DNA from: Candidatus Marinacidobacterales bacterium
Lineage (GTDB): Bacteria; Acidobacteriota; Vicinamibacteria; Marinacidobacterales; SMYC01
Length of the DNA: 64,000 nt
Assembly: GCA_965224085.1 (NCBI GenBank)
Contig: CBDCYI010000011.1
Location: 1,568,001 to 1,632,000, forward strand
Direction: 5' to 3'
Each line of letters begins with the position of its first letter. Positions within the stretch are counted from its first letter, which is position 1. The translations under genes were made by a program, and so were the position numbers. Below, piece by piece: positions 20,449-30,074 of this stretch. The notes under the pieces were generated by a model that saw only the letters and a list, made by a program, of their open reading frames with translations, ran no database searches and was not told where the DNA came from.

Positions 20449-21117
20449 TCACATCCGCAACGTGCCATTTTCCATAAAGAACGTTCGATCGCACACGAAA
20501 GCCACGGCTTCGGAGTGAGTCACGATAACCGAGGTTAGATCGCGTTTTTCATGAAGATGGCGAAATAGGGACACGAGCCCTTCGCTGTTGCCTGTGTCGA
20601 GGTTCCCTGTGGGCTCGTCGGCAAGCACGAGGCTCGGCTCGGTGACGAGTGCCCGCGCCACGGCCACCCTTTGCTGCTCCCCGCCGGAGAGCTGAGACGG
20701 CCGGTGCGAGCCACGCTCCGAGAGGCCTAGCTCCGCGAGGAGCCTCTCGGCTCGCCGCAAGGCCTCGGCCCGCTCCATCCGGCCGATCATGAGCGGCATC
20801 GCAACGTTTTCCGCGGCCGTGAATTCTGGCAACAAGTGATGGAACTGAAAGACGAAGCCGATCGTCTCGTTGCGGAGCCGCGTACGCGCGTCCTCGTTGA
20901 GTTCGAAGAGCGACTTATCGCCGATATGTACCGTTCCCGAGTCGGGAACGTCGAGGCTGCCGAGAACGTGCATGAGCGTGCTCTTCCCGACCCCGGAGGC
21001 CCCGACAATCGCAACCATCTCCCCCTTCTCGATAGAGAGATCCACACCGCGCAGCACGTCCACACGCCTACCATTCGAAGCAAAAGCCTTGGTGAGGTTA
21101 TGTGCTTCTAAAAACAT
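20449..21117 (-). CDS. lolD: Lipoprotein-releasing ABC ATPase
   Basis: GASGVGKS, FVFQFHHLLPEF and LSGGEQQRVA motifs. Confidence 0.93.
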   Translation of the reverse strand: MFLEAHNLTKAFASNGRRVDVLRGVDLSIEKGEMVAIVGASGVGKSTLMHVLGSLDVPDSGTVHIGDKSLFELNEDARTRLRNETIGFVFQFHHLLPEFTAAENVAMPLMIGRMERAEALRRAERLLAELGLSERGSHRPSQLSGGEQQRVAVARALVTEPSLVLADEPTGNLDTGNSEGLVSLFRHLHEKRDLTSVIVTHSEAVAFVCDRTFFMENGTLRM

Positions 21118-21189
21118 GCGTCAGCTTCCGGTAGCAGCGCTGAACTCACAGTGGTAGCAGGCAGCAAAAACAACGATTCACAGAAAAAA

Positions 21190-22455
21190 TCATTCGAATC
21201 TCAAAGCTTCCGTAATAACCAATTGAGCGGCCCTTCGCGCGGGGTAGAGTGTCGCAGCGAAACACATCAGAGGGGCCGCGATGACCACCAGCATGAAATC
21301 CGCGGGGAGCAGCTTGAACGGCACCCACGCCACCTGGTAGACGTCCTCGGGGATCGAGATCACGCGATAGTGATCGAGCACCCAGGAGATCGTAACGCCC
21401 AGCGCCGCTCCCACGGCGGTTCCCGCCACACCGATGATGGCGCCCTGCAACATGAAGATGCGCATGATGCTCTTGGCGCTCGCCCCCATCGATCGAAGAA
21501 TGGCGATGTCCCGTGTCTTGTTCATGACGATCATGATCTGGCTCGCGATGATATTGAGAGCGGCCACACCCACGATGAAGCCGATGAAGATCGTCGTCAC
21601 CACCTTCTCGACCCAGAAGGCGGAAAAAAGACTACGGTTCGTTTCCTTCCAGTTCATCGAGCCGTACTCGCCACCAATCGCTCTCATAACGTCCAACTCG
21701 ACGCGCCCGACGTCGAAGATATCCAAAACTTTCGTCTCGACATACATCGCCTCATCCCCGACACCGAGAAGCCGCTGCGCGTCGGGAAGATGCAGAAGCG
21801 CCCACGAGTTGTCGAAGTTATAGAGCCCGAGCTGGAAAATACCCACGACGCGAAAGCTTCGCGTGCGCGGCAGCATGCCGAACGGGCTTAGATGGCCTTC
21901 GGGCGACGTGACTTTCATGATATCCCCGATGAAGACGCCGAGCGTCATCGCAAGCTCTTCCCCGACGATGATAGGCGGCGGCTCGTTCGCAAGCTCCTCA
22001 CCCGAAACATTTCCCTCAGACTTTTCGGGCTCGGACAGGCGCATCAGCTCTCCGACCAACATTTTCTGCCCGAACTCGGTGACGGTGGCTTCGAGCTCCG
22101 GCTCGATGCCCTTGAGCGTCACGAGCCCGGAGCCGGTCGCGCTCGAGACGAGCGCTTTGCCGTACAACACGGGGGCAGCCCCCACGACGGCATCGATACC
22201 GCCGAGCTTCGCCATAACGTCCCGATAATCCGCGAAGGCTTCCCCTCCACCTTTGTAGATGCTCAGATGGGAGGCGGCTCCGAGGATGCGTGAGCGCAGC
22301 TCGCCTTGCATCCCCGTCAAGATCGCGAGTGCGATGAGCAGGATCATGACACCCACAACGACGCCTAGAGTGGAGATGGTCGAGATCACTGCAATGAAGA
22401 GCTGACGTCGTTGCGCGAAGAGGTAGCGCAGCGCGATCCTCAGCTCGAAAGGCAT
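21190..22455 (-). CDS. lolE: Lipoprotein-releasing ABC permease LolC/E
   Basis: MPFELRIALRYL start, MacB/FtsX topology and YPARRAA motif. Confidence 0.88.
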   Translation of the reverse strand: MPFELRIALRYLFAQRRQLFIAVISTISTLGVVVGVMILLIALAILTGMQGELRSRILGAASHLSIYKGGGEAFADYRDVMAKLGGIDAVVGAAPVLYGKALVSSATGSGLVTLKGIEPELEATVTEFGQKMLVGELMRLSEPEKSEGNVSGEELANEPPPIIVGEELAMTLGVFIGDIMKVTSPEGHLSPFGMLPRTRSFRVVGIFQLGLYNFDNSWALLHLPDAQRLLGVGDEAMYVETKVLDIFDVGRVELDVMRAIGGEYGSMNWKETNRSLFSAFWVEKVVTTIFIGFIVGVAALNIIASQIMIVMNKTRDIAILRSMGASAKSIMRIFMLQGAIIGVAGTAVGAALGVTISWVLDHYRVISIPEDVYQVAWVPFKLLPADFMLVVIAAPLMCFAATLYPARRAAQLVITEALRFE

Positions 22456-22456
22456 G

Positions 22457-23992
22457 TTATTCCTCGCCCTCGCGCGCATCCGCTGCAGCGGAGCGCCCGC
22501 TCTCAGGCCTCAGGTGCGGGAACAAGATGACGTCGCGGATGGAGTGCGAGTCCGTGAACAGCATGACGAGCCGATCGATACCGAGTCCCTCGCCTCCGGT
22601 GGGCGGGAGGCCGTGCATCAAAGCCCGCACATAATCCTCGTCCATATCGTGCGCTTCCGCGTCACCGCGGGCGCGCTCTTCGAGCTGCGCCTCGAAGCGG
22701 GCTCTCTGATCGTCGGGATCGTTGAGCTCGCTGAAGCCGTTCGCAACCTCCATTCCAGCGATGAACAGCTCGAACCGCTCGACGAACACCGGATCGTCGC
22801 GCTTCTTCTTGGAGAAAGGAGAGACATCTACCGGATAGTCTGTTACGAAAGTCGGCTGTACGAGTGACGCCTCGATGAGATGATCAAAGAGCACGCTCAG
22901 GAGCTTTCCCCACGGGGCGCCCTCGTCTAGGCCGAGCTCGAGCTTGCGGCCAAGCTCGACGAGCACTTCGCGCTCCCGCAACTCCTCCGGCCCGATTTCG
23001 AGGTCGTGTATGCGGAGCGCTTCGACGACGCCGTCGAGCATCGCGAGGCGCCGGTACGGCGGTGTCAGATCGATCTCGACCTCTCCGTAGCGAAGCGGCT
23101 TTCCGTCGTGGACGTTTTTCTGGAGCTCGGCCAGAAGCTCTTCTGTGAGCGCCATCATACTCTCGACATCACTATAGGCTTCATAGAACTCGAGCATGGT
23201 GAATTCGGGGTTGTGGCGCGTCGAGATTCCCTCATTGCGGAAATTGCGATTGATCTCGTAGACCTTTTCGAGCCCGCCCACGGTCAGTCGCTTGAGATAG
23301 AGCTCGGGGGCGATGCGCATATAGAGCTCGATCCCGAGAGTGTTGTGAAACGTTTTGAACGGCCGCGCGGTGGCACCACCGGCGATGGGCTGAAGCATCG
23401 GAGTCTCGACTTCAATATATCCGTGTGCGTCGAAGAAATCTCGGATCCGGGCGACAACGCGGCTGCGGGTGACAAAAATGGCGCGGGAATCTTCGTTCGC
23501 AATGAGGTCCAGATAGCGTTGGCGGTAGCGGATCTCCACATCGGCCAGGCCATGCCATTTTTCGGGGAGCGGCTTGAGAGCTTTGGCGAGAAATGTGAGT
23601 TTTTCGACTCTGAGCGTGAGCTCGCCTGTTTTAGTCCGAAACAAAGGTCCCTGGACACCGATGAAATCTCCAATGTCGAGCTTCTTGTAAATGGCGAAAC
23701 CCGGATCCTCGACCGTGTCCTTGCGTACGTAGATTTGGAGCTTGCCTGCACCGTCGCTCAATCGCAGAAATCCTGCTTTCCCGAATTTGTTCAGGGCCAC
23801 GATGCGCCCGGCCGTTCGGACCTGAACCGGATCTTTATCGAGCTCCTCCTCGCTCTTCGTATCGAACGTGGTGAACGCCTCCGAAACAGTATGCGTCCGG
23901 TCGAAGCGAGTCGGATAGACGTTCACTCCGAGCTCTCCGAGCTCCTGTCTCTTCGTGCGCCTTTCCTTTTCGATACGGTCTTCGACACCCAC
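22457..23992 (-). CDS. lysS: Lysine-tRNA ligase (class II)
   Basis: LPEKWHGL, RYRQRYLDL, FRNEG..RHNPEF and GLGIDRL; start reassigned to GTG 23992 adjoining the nusB stop. Confidence 0.97.
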   Translation of the reverse strand: MGVEDRIEKERRTKRQELGELGVNVYPTRFDRTHTVSEAFTTFDTKSEEELDKDPVQVRTAGRIVALNKFGKAGFLRLSDGAGKLQIYVRKDTVEDPGFAIYKKLDIGDFIGVQGPLFRTKTGELTLRVEKLTFLAKALKPLPEKWHGLADVEIRYRQRYLDLIANEDSRAIFVTRSRVVARIRDFFDAHGYIEVETPMLQPIAGGATARPFKTFHNTLGIELYMRIAPELYLKRLTVGGLEKVYEINRNFRNEGISTRHNPEFTMLEFYEAYSDVESMMALTEELLAELQKNVHDGKPLRYGEVEIDLTPPYRRLAMLDGVVEALRIHDLEIGPEELREREVLVELGRKLELGLDEGAPWGKLLSVLFDHLIEASLVQPTFVTDYPVDVSPFSKKKRDDPVFVERFELFIAGMEVANGFSELNDPDDQRARFEAQLEERARGDAEAHDMDEDYVRALMHGLPPTGGEGLGIDRLVMLFTDSHSIRDVILFPHLRPESGRSAAADAREGEE

Positions 23993-24411
23993 TATCTGCT
24001 CTCCGATGTCGCTTCGATATTGGCACAAACGGCGTCGAGCACGCCGTTCACGAAACTGACCGCGTCGGGCGCGGAGAAGCGCTTCGTGATCTCGAGCGCC
24101 TCGTTGATGACGACCCTTTTGGGGGTCTCGGTATCGAGAAACTCGTAGACCGCAATTCTCAGAATGTTGCGATCGACGGCCGCCATCCGAGAAAGCCTCC
24201 AGCGGTCGGACTGCGCGGTGATGAGCGCATCGATCTCTTCTACGCGGCGGATCGTTTCTTCCGCGAGCGAGCGACCGAAATCCCGCGCCTCTTGGCTCGG
24301 ATTTCGGATCTCGTCCATCGACCAAACGACCTCTCCGACGGACGCACGGGTGACATCCCATTGGTAAAGCATTTGAACTGCGAACTCACGCCCTTTCCTG
24401 CGCACCCCCAT
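23992..24411 (-). CDS. nusB: Transcription antitermination factor NusB
   Basis: RRKGREFAVQMLYQ, DRNILR, INEALEI and FVNGVLD motifs. Confidence 0.96.
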   Translation of the reverse strand: MGVRRKGREFAVQMLYQWDVTRASVGEVVWSMDEIRNPSQEARDFGRSLAEETIRRVEEIDALITAQSDRWRLSRMAAVDRNILRIAVYEFLDTETPKRVVINEALEITKRFSAPDAVSFVNGVLDAVCANIEATSESR

Positions 24412-24436
24412 GCTCAGCCTCTGACTTTCGACACTT

Positions 24437-24919
24437 TCATTCGTCTTCCAACTTCTCGAACAAAAAAGCCATCTCGACTGCGGCGAGCGCGGCGTCGTAG
24501 CCCCTGTTGTTCTTGTTTTCGCTTCCTTGGCGAGCGCGCTCGACCGCCTGCTCCATCGTGTCTGTGGTCAAGACGGCGTTCGTCATCGGAACGTTCGTAG
24601 CAAGCGACGCTTGGCAAATCCCGGAAGTCGCCGTCTTGCTGAGGTAATGCCAATGCGGGGTGTCGCCCTTGACGATCGCACCGAGACAGATGACCGCGGC
24701 GAAACGGCCGGTCTCCGCGAGGCGTTTCGCCGCGAGCGGGATCTCGAACGCTCCCGGGACGCGCACCACTTCTACGTCGGCCTCGCCGACGCGGGCGCGA
24801 CGGAGCGCTTCGAGCGCACCTTCAAGGAGCTTGTCTGTCACCATATTGTTGAACCGACCGAGGACGATTCCGAATCGCAGCCCAACACCTACCGGCTTGC
24901 CTTCCCAGATCTTCGTCAC
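24437..24919 (-). CDS. ribH: 6,7-dimethyl-8-ribityllumazine synthase
   Basis: RFN, VPGAFEIP and GAIVKGDTPH motifs; ribH-nusB synteny. Confidence 0.95.
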   Translation of the reverse strand: MTKIWEGKPVGVGLRFGIVLGRFNNMVTDKLLEGALEALRRARVGEADVEVVRVPGAFEIPLAAKRLAETGRFAAVICLGAIVKGDTPHWHYLSKTATSGICQASLATNVPMTNAVLTTDTMEQAVERARQGSENKNNRGYDAALAAVEMAFLFEKLEDE

Positions 24920-24935
24920 GTCGTGTCGTTCTCGC

Positions 24936-25718
24936 TCACCTACCGGTGAATTTCGGGGGACGCTTCTCGACAAACGCCTTCATACCTTCGCGCCAGTCAT
25001 CGCTTCCGGCGAGTACACCGAAGAGCGTCGCTTCGAGCTCGAGCCCTGTCTCGAGATCGGCGTCGAGTCCTCGGTTCACCGCGAGAATGACGCTCCGCAG
25101 AGCGCCCGGCGCATTCTTGATGATTTTCCGCGCAAGGTCGTCGGCAGCCGTCGCGAGCTCGTTGTTCGGTACCACACGGTTCACGAGGCCGATGCGATAG
25201 GCCTCCGCGGCGTCGACAGGCTGGGCGCTCAAGATCATCTCGAGCGCCCGTCCGCTCCCCACGAGGCGTGCGAGGCGTTGGGTCCCGCCATAACCCGGAA
25301 TCGCGCCGAGGCCGACCTCGGGCAAGCCGAGCTTGGCGGTGTCCGATGCCAGGCGTATGTGGCAAGCGAGCGCGAGCTCGAGTCCACCCCCGAGCGCGAA
25401 CCCGTTCACCGCGGCAAGGACCGGCTTTCCGAGCGTCTCCAGCTTGCGAAAGATTGCCTGATCGCGTCGTGCGGCAAGGTGGCCTCCCTCGGCCGATAGC
25501 TCTCGAAGCTCCTTGATGTCCGCACCTGCAACGAAAGCTTTCTCGCCGGCGCCGGTGACGATAAGAGCGCGTATGTCCGTGGCGGCGTCCACGCTCTCGA
25601 GCGCGGTCTCGAGCTCAGAAAGCGTCGCCTCATTGAGCGCGTTGAGCTTGTCGGGCCGCTTCACGGTGAGCGTCGCGATGCCGTCGCGATCCGTCAGCAT
25701 GAGATTTTCGAAATTCAT
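24936..25718 (-). CDS. Enoyl-CoA hydratase/crotonase
   Basis: AFVAGADI, NGFALGGGLEL and LPEVGLG.IPGYGGTQRL motifs. Confidence 0.93.
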   Translation of the reverse strand: MNFENLMLTDRDGIATLTVKRPDKLNALNEATLSELETALESVDAATDIRALIVTGAGEKAFVAGADIKELRELSAEGGHLAARRDQAIFRKLETLGKPVLAAVNGFALGGGLELALACHIRLASDTAKLGLPEVGLGAIPGYGGTQRLARLVGSGRALEMILSAQPVDAAEAYRIGLVNRVVPNNELATAADDLARKIIKNAPGALRSVILAVNRGLDADLETGLELEATLFGVLAGSDDWREGMKAFVEKRPPKFTGR

Positions 25719-26161
25719 TGCGACTTCTCAGTGATCCTGGTCGAGCGTTTCTCGTGAGATTCCTCGTATATGATATTCCCTCGAGACTCTATTTGGCGCA
25801 CTCGCACGCTCCAAAACGTCGAGAGCGTCCGTCCTGCCAAGAACGCTCCCAGCGCATCAAACGAGACATCATAGGCATCCCCGACGCGCGCCGGTACGAA
25901 CGATTGATGCCACTCGTCACACGCACCATATAGCACTGCGACCGCCACGCCGCCCCAAAGCTTCGCGCCCGAAACAGGCTCGGCAAGGCCGTGCCCGAAC
26001 GCGCGTATCGCAAGGATCGCCATCACGAAATACGCGCCGCCATGGAGGACAACATCCGGAACCGCCGAGACACCTTCGGGCCTCGGCCGGGAGGAGACCC
26101 AAAACACAAGTCCCATGTACAGAAGTAGCGGAGCCCAGCAGCGCGCGAAAGAAGCAATCAC
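25715..26161 (-). CDS. VanZ family membrane protein
   Basis: LHGGAY and YGACDEWHQSFVP.R...D...D motifs; start likely GTG 26161, overlapping the upstream stop. Confidence 0.85.
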   Translation of the reverse strand: MIASFARCWAPLLLYMGLVFWVSSRPRPEGVSAVPDVVLHGGAYFVMAILAIRAFGHGLAEPVSGAKLWGGVAVAVLYGACDEWHQSFVPARVGDAYDVSFDALGAFLAGRTLSTFWSVRVRQIESRGNIIYEESHEKRSTRITEKSQ

Positions 26162-26331
26162 GAAGGAAAAGGGTACATCAACCAGCCTATGATGAAGGCT
26201 GAGCCAACGAAACAAGCAAACGCGAACAAGCCAAATTTGACTTGCTCTTTCGGTTCTTCGCGCATGAGGAGAGCAAATCCTGTCGAGACGAGAACGGCGA
26301 AGATGCTCAAAATCAGGAAGTGGCTCGTCAT
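26158..26331 (-). CDS. Small 2-TM protein, 57 aa (MTSHFLILSIFAVLVSTGFALLMREEPKEQVKFGLFAFACFVGSAFIIGWLMYPFPS)
   Basis: Translated manually; two hydrophobic segments; GTGA overlap with vanZ; starts 8 bp after the upstream stop. Confidence 0.75.
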   Translation of the reverse strand: MTSHFLILSIFAVLVSTGFALLMREEPKEQVKFGLFAFACFVGSAFIIGWLMYPFPS

Positions 26332-26339
26332 TCGGTTAG

Positions 26340-26735
26340 TCAGTCCTTCCTCCCGACCAAGATGTCATAGACGTCGAGCACGATGAGCATGTTCAAAAGC
26401 CCCGCCACGATGCAAAAAGTGTAGCCGTACTCGTAAGTGACGGAGGTCACGGCCCCCGCCCCGAATCCCATCATTTTGATAATAAAATACGGAAGCCCAA
26501 CACCCATCTCCGCGAGACCGGCAAGCAGTGTGAGCAATGCCCCCGTATCGAGCTCGAAGAGCTCGCCTTGGAGCTGAATGCCAAGGGCAAACAAAGCGAC
26601 AACGACGACAAAGAAAATAATGCCGCGGTTGCGCTTGCCGATCATGAAATGCCCGAGCCCAGGCACGAGCCACCCAGAAAGGCACGCAGGGATGGCCGCA
26701 AACGAAAACTCTGCTGAAACGTCCTTAGCCGGCAT
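26340..26735 (-). CDS. Conserved membrane protein (DUF6677-like)
   Basis: WLVPGLGH, EYG.TF..VAGLLN.L..LD motifs. Confidence 0.75.
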   Translation of the reverse strand: MPAKDVSAEFSFAAIPACLSGWLVPGLGHFMIGKRNRGIIFFVVVVALFALGIQLQGELFELDTGALLTLLAGLAEMGVGLPYFIIKMMGFGAGAVTSVTYEYGYTFCIVAGLLNMLIVLDVYDILVGRKD

Positions 26736-26774
26736 GAACGTTCATTTTAGTACAAACGCTCACTCCAAAGGGAG

Positions 26775-26828
26775 AGCTTCAAGAGATCGATATCAAAAAA
26801 GCGTAACAGTAGACCGATCCTTGAAGCT
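26775..26828. repeat. Inverted repeat downstream of upp (terminator-like hairpin or mini-element)
   Basis: AGCTTCAAG(A)GATCG ... CGATC(C)TTGAAGCT around an AT-rich loop. Confidence 0.5.
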
Positions 26829-26846
26829 TAGGCCCCTAAAAGGTTC

Positions 26847-27467
26847 TTACGGGGTCCCGTAGAGCCGGTCTCCGAAGTCACCCAGCCCAGGGACGATATA
26901 TTTGCGCTCGTCGAGGCCGCGGTCGACCGCCGCGGTGTAGATATCGACCTCGGGGCAGTCCTGGGACAGCCGGTCGATCCCTTCGGGAGCGGCAACGATA
27001 CACAAAAGACGAACGTTCGTCGCAGCGTGCTCCTTCAACAAAGACACCGCGGCGCTGGCCGAGCCACCGGTGGCCAACATGGGGTCGAGCAGAAAAACGA
27101 AACGGCCAGAAAGATCCGGAAGCTTTCGATAATATTGACGCGCAACCGCCGTCGATTCGTCTCTCTCGAGCCCGACATAGCCGACCGATGCGGAGGGAAA
27201 GACCAACAGCATGACTTCGAGCATGCCCATTCCCGCACGCAAAACGGGCACGAGCACGACGCTTGCATCCAGCTTTTGGACATCGGTCTCCTCGAGCGGC
27301 GTGCGGACACGCTCCGTACGACCCCGTAGATCGCGCGACGCGTCATAGGCGAGAAGCGTCGTCACCCGACTCGCGAGCGGGCGAAAACGCTCCGGCGGTG
27401 TCGAGGCATCTCGAAGTTCCGAGCGCACGTCATCGATCAAGGGATGCTTCACATGATGAAGCGCCAC
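26847..27467 (-). CDS. upp: Uracil phosphoribosyltransferase
   Basis: VPVLRAG, LDPMLATGGS and YIVPGLGDFGDRLYG motifs. Confidence 0.97.
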   Translation of the reverse strand: MALHHVKHPLIDDVRSELRDASTPPERFRPLASRVTTLLAYDASRDLRGRTERVRTPLEETDVQKLDASVVLVPVLRAGMGMLEVMLLVFPSASVGYVGLERDESTAVARQYYRKLPDLSGRFVFLLDPMLATGGSASAAVSLLKEHAATNVRLLCIVAAPEGIDRLSQDCPEVDIYTAAVDRGLDERKYIVPGLGDFGDRLYGTP

Positions 27468-27515
27468 TTCGGACTCCTTTCAACAGAAAGCTGTTATTAT
27501 CCTATCCTTTCGGCG

Positions 27516-28835
27516 ATGAGAGCGGTTGATCTACTCCACAAAAAAAGACACGGGCTCGCACTCGAGCCCGAGGAGATTCGCTTTCTCGTCGATGGCTTCA
27601 TCGCAGATGCGATCCCGAGCTACCAAATCTCTGCTTTTCTCATGGCGGTGAGCATCCAAGGGATGAACGAGCGCGAGACGCGCGCGCTCACGGAAACGAT
27701 GCTCGCGAGCGGCGCCGTGCTCGATCTCTCGGACATTCCGGGACCCAAAATCGACAAACACAGCACCGGCGGCGTCGGGGACAAGACGTCGCTCATAGTC
27801 GCCCCGCTCGCCGCAGCGGCGGGGCTGCGCGTGCCGATGATCTCCGGCCGCGGCCTCGGGCATTCGGGCGGAACGCTGGACAAGCTCGAGGCCATTCCGG
27901 GCTTCGAGATCCGAATCGACGAGAAGCGTTTTCGCGAGCTCGTCGCCTCTGTCGGATGCGCGCTCATTGGTCAGACCGATGGCATCGCTCCCGCCGACCG
28001 CAAGCTCTACGCGTTGCGGGACGTGACCGCCACGATCGACAGTTTGCCGCTGATTACCGGCAGCATCCTCTCGAAAAAGCTCGCCGAAGGGATTTCCGGG
28101 CTCGTTCTCGACGTGAAGTTCGGAAGCGGCGCGTTCATGAAAACTGTCGAAGAAGCGAACGCCCTCGCGAAACTTCTGCTCAAAACCGCAGCTCACATGG
28201 GCAAGAGAGCCGTCGCCCTCCTCACCGACATGAGCCAACCGCTCGGGAATTATGTCGGCAACGCACTCGAGGTAGAGGAGTCGATCGCCGTGCTCAAAGG
28301 CCACGGCGCCCGCGACTTGGCCGAGCTTTCGTTGACGCTCACAGCGCACATGCTGGTGCTCGGCGACTTGGCGCGGACGGTCGAAGACGGAGAGAAAAAA
28401 GCGTCGCAGGAGCTTCAGTCCGGGCGAGGCCTCGAGAAGCTTCGGCAGATCGTCCGAGCACAAGGGGGCGACGCTGCCGTGATCGACGAGCCCCGCCTCC
28501 TTCCACAAGCGAGCGCGAGACGCGTCCTACAGGTGGCAGCCGGGGGCCACGTTTCCGCGATCGAGACGGAAGCGCTCGGGCACGCGGCGATGCTCATTGG
28601 CGCTGGACGACGGACGGTGGACGATGTGATCGATCCGGCTGCGGGTCTCGTCATTCACAAGAAGCTCGGGGATAAAGTCACGAAAGGCGAGCCGCTCCTC
28701 ACATTTCACTACAACGATGACACGAACCTCGAAGAGGCTGCCGAGCTGGTGGCGAACGCCTATCAAATCACCGATGCTCGAAACGCTCCGCGCGAGCTCG
28801 TGCACTCGGTTCTCACGACGGAAAGGAAGACTTGA
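27516..28835 (+). CDS. pdp: Pyrimidine-nucleoside (thymidine) phosphorylase
   Basis: DKHSTGGVGDK, SGRGLGHSGGT.DKLE and YALRDVT; start trimmed to ATG 27516. Confidence 0.96.
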   Translation: MRAVDLLHKKRHGLALEPEEIRFLVDGFIADAIPSYQISAFLMAVSIQGMNERETRALTETMLASGAVLDLSDIPGPKIDKHSTGGVGDKTSLIVAPLAAAAGLRVPMISGRGLGHSGGTLDKLEAIPGFEIRIDEKRFRELVASVGCALIGQTDGIAPADRKLYALRDVTATIDSLPLITGSILSKKLAEGISGLVLDVKFGSGAFMKTVEEANALAKLLLKTAAHMGKRAVALLTDMSQPLGNYVGNALEVEESIAVLKGHGARDLAELSLTLTAHMLVLGDLARTVEDGEKKASQELQSGRGLEKLRQIVRAQGGDAAVIDEPRLLPQASARRVLQVAAGGHVSAIETEALGHAAMLIGAGRRTVDDVIDPAAGLVIHKKLGDKVTKGEPLLTFHYNDDTNLEEAAELVANAYQITDARNAPRELVHSVLTTERKT

Positions 28836-30037
28836 TGGAGCAATATATCGGCATCGTCGGGCTCGTCGTCCTTTTGGGGATAGCCTATCTCGCGTCACAG
28901 AATCGGAAAGCCATCGGCGGGCGCGTCATCGTCTGGGGCCTCGTTCTCCAATTTGCTTTCGCTTTGTTCGTGATAAAGGTTCCGGTCGGCGTGTCGATCC
29001 TTGCATGGGTGAGCGGCGTCGTGACTGAACTCATGAACAAAGCTTCGGCCGGTGCGGCATTCGTGTTCGGAGAGGAGCTCGCTAAGAATCAAAGCCTCGG
29101 CTTCATCTTCGCGGTCAAAGCCCTCCCTATCATCATCTTTCTTTCTTCCCTATTCGCGGTCATGTATTACATCGGGCTGTTGCAGATCATCGTTCTGGCG
29201 ATGGCCAAAGTGATGGCGCGCACGATGGGGACGAGCGGCGCGGAGTCGCTTGCGACCGCGGCCAACGTTTTCATGGGTCAGACCGAGGCCCCTCTCGTCA
29301 TCGCGCCCTACATCGACAAGATGACCAATTCGGAGGTCGCCATGTTGATGGTCGGCGGGATGGCGACGATCTCGGGCGCCGTTTTGGGCGCGTATATCAG
29401 TTTCGGGGCCGAAGCACAATTCTTGTTGGCCGCGAGCATCATGAACGCGCCCGCTGCCATCGTGATGGCGAAGATGCTCGTTCCGGAAATGGGTGAGCCC
29501 CTCACACGCGGCGAAGTCAAGCTCGAGCTCGAGCGAAAAGAAGTCAACATTATCGACGCCGCCGCGCGGGGCGCGAGCGCCGGAATGACGCTGTCTCTCA
29601 ACATCGCAGCCATGTTGATAGCCTTCGTGTCGCTCATAGCACTCGTTAATTGGCCACTCCAATATTTCGATCTCTCGCTCGAGCAGATCTTTGCCAGGTT
29701 GTTCGCGCCTCTCGCTTACTTGATGGGCGTCCCTTGGGCGGAGTCGGGCACGGTCGGGAACCTGATCGGGCAGAAAGTGATCATCAACGAGTTCGTCGCC
29801 TATCAATCGCTGGGCGCGCTCAAGACCGCCGGTGCTATCGGCGCGCGCGCAGAGCTCATCTCCACCTACGCTCTGTGCGGTTTCGCCAATATCGGCTCTA
29901 TCGCGATCCAAATAGGCGGGATTGGCGGCCTTGCACCAGCACGCAAGCAAGACCTCGCCCGCCTCGGGCTTCGTGCGCTGCTCGGCGGGTCGCTCGCCAC
30001 GTTCATGACCGCGACGATTGCTGGACTATTGAGTTGA
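28832..30037 (+). CDS. nupC: Concentrative nucleoside transporter (NupC/CNT)
   Basis: FMGQTEAPL, GGMATISG, NEFVAY and LCGFAN motifs. Confidence 0.95.
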   Translation: MMEQYIGIVGLVVLLGIAYLASQNRKAIGGRVIVWGLVLQFAFALFVIKVPVGVSILAWVSGVVTELMNKASAGAAFVFGEELAKNQSLGFIFAVKALPIIIFLSSLFAVMYYIGLLQIIVLAMAKVMARTMGTSGAESLATAANVFMGQTEAPLVIAPYIDKMTNSEVAMLMVGGMATISGAVLGAYISFGAEAQFLLAASIMNAPAAIVMAKMLVPEMGEPLTRGEVKLELERKEVNIIDAAARGASAGMTLSLNIAAMLIAFVSLIALVNWPLQYFDLSLEQIFARLFAPLAYLMGVPWAESGTVGNLIGQKVIINEFVAYQSLGALKTAGAIGARAELISTYALCGFANIGSIAIQIGGIGGLAPARKQDLARLGLRALLGGSLATFMTATIAGLLS

Positions 30038-30074
30038 GTGTCGTTTTCCCCGTTTTCTATTGTCAGGAAGTCCT

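Noticed and set aside
23993-24361. Apparent long N-terminal extensions on LysS (and on FabZ, YqeC, RpiB, DeoC, Hfq and the deaminase) in the ORF track
   Set aside because: They overlap neighbouring real genes, and better downstream starts exist. Only the shorter RpiB and DeoC extensions after the corrected starts are kept.
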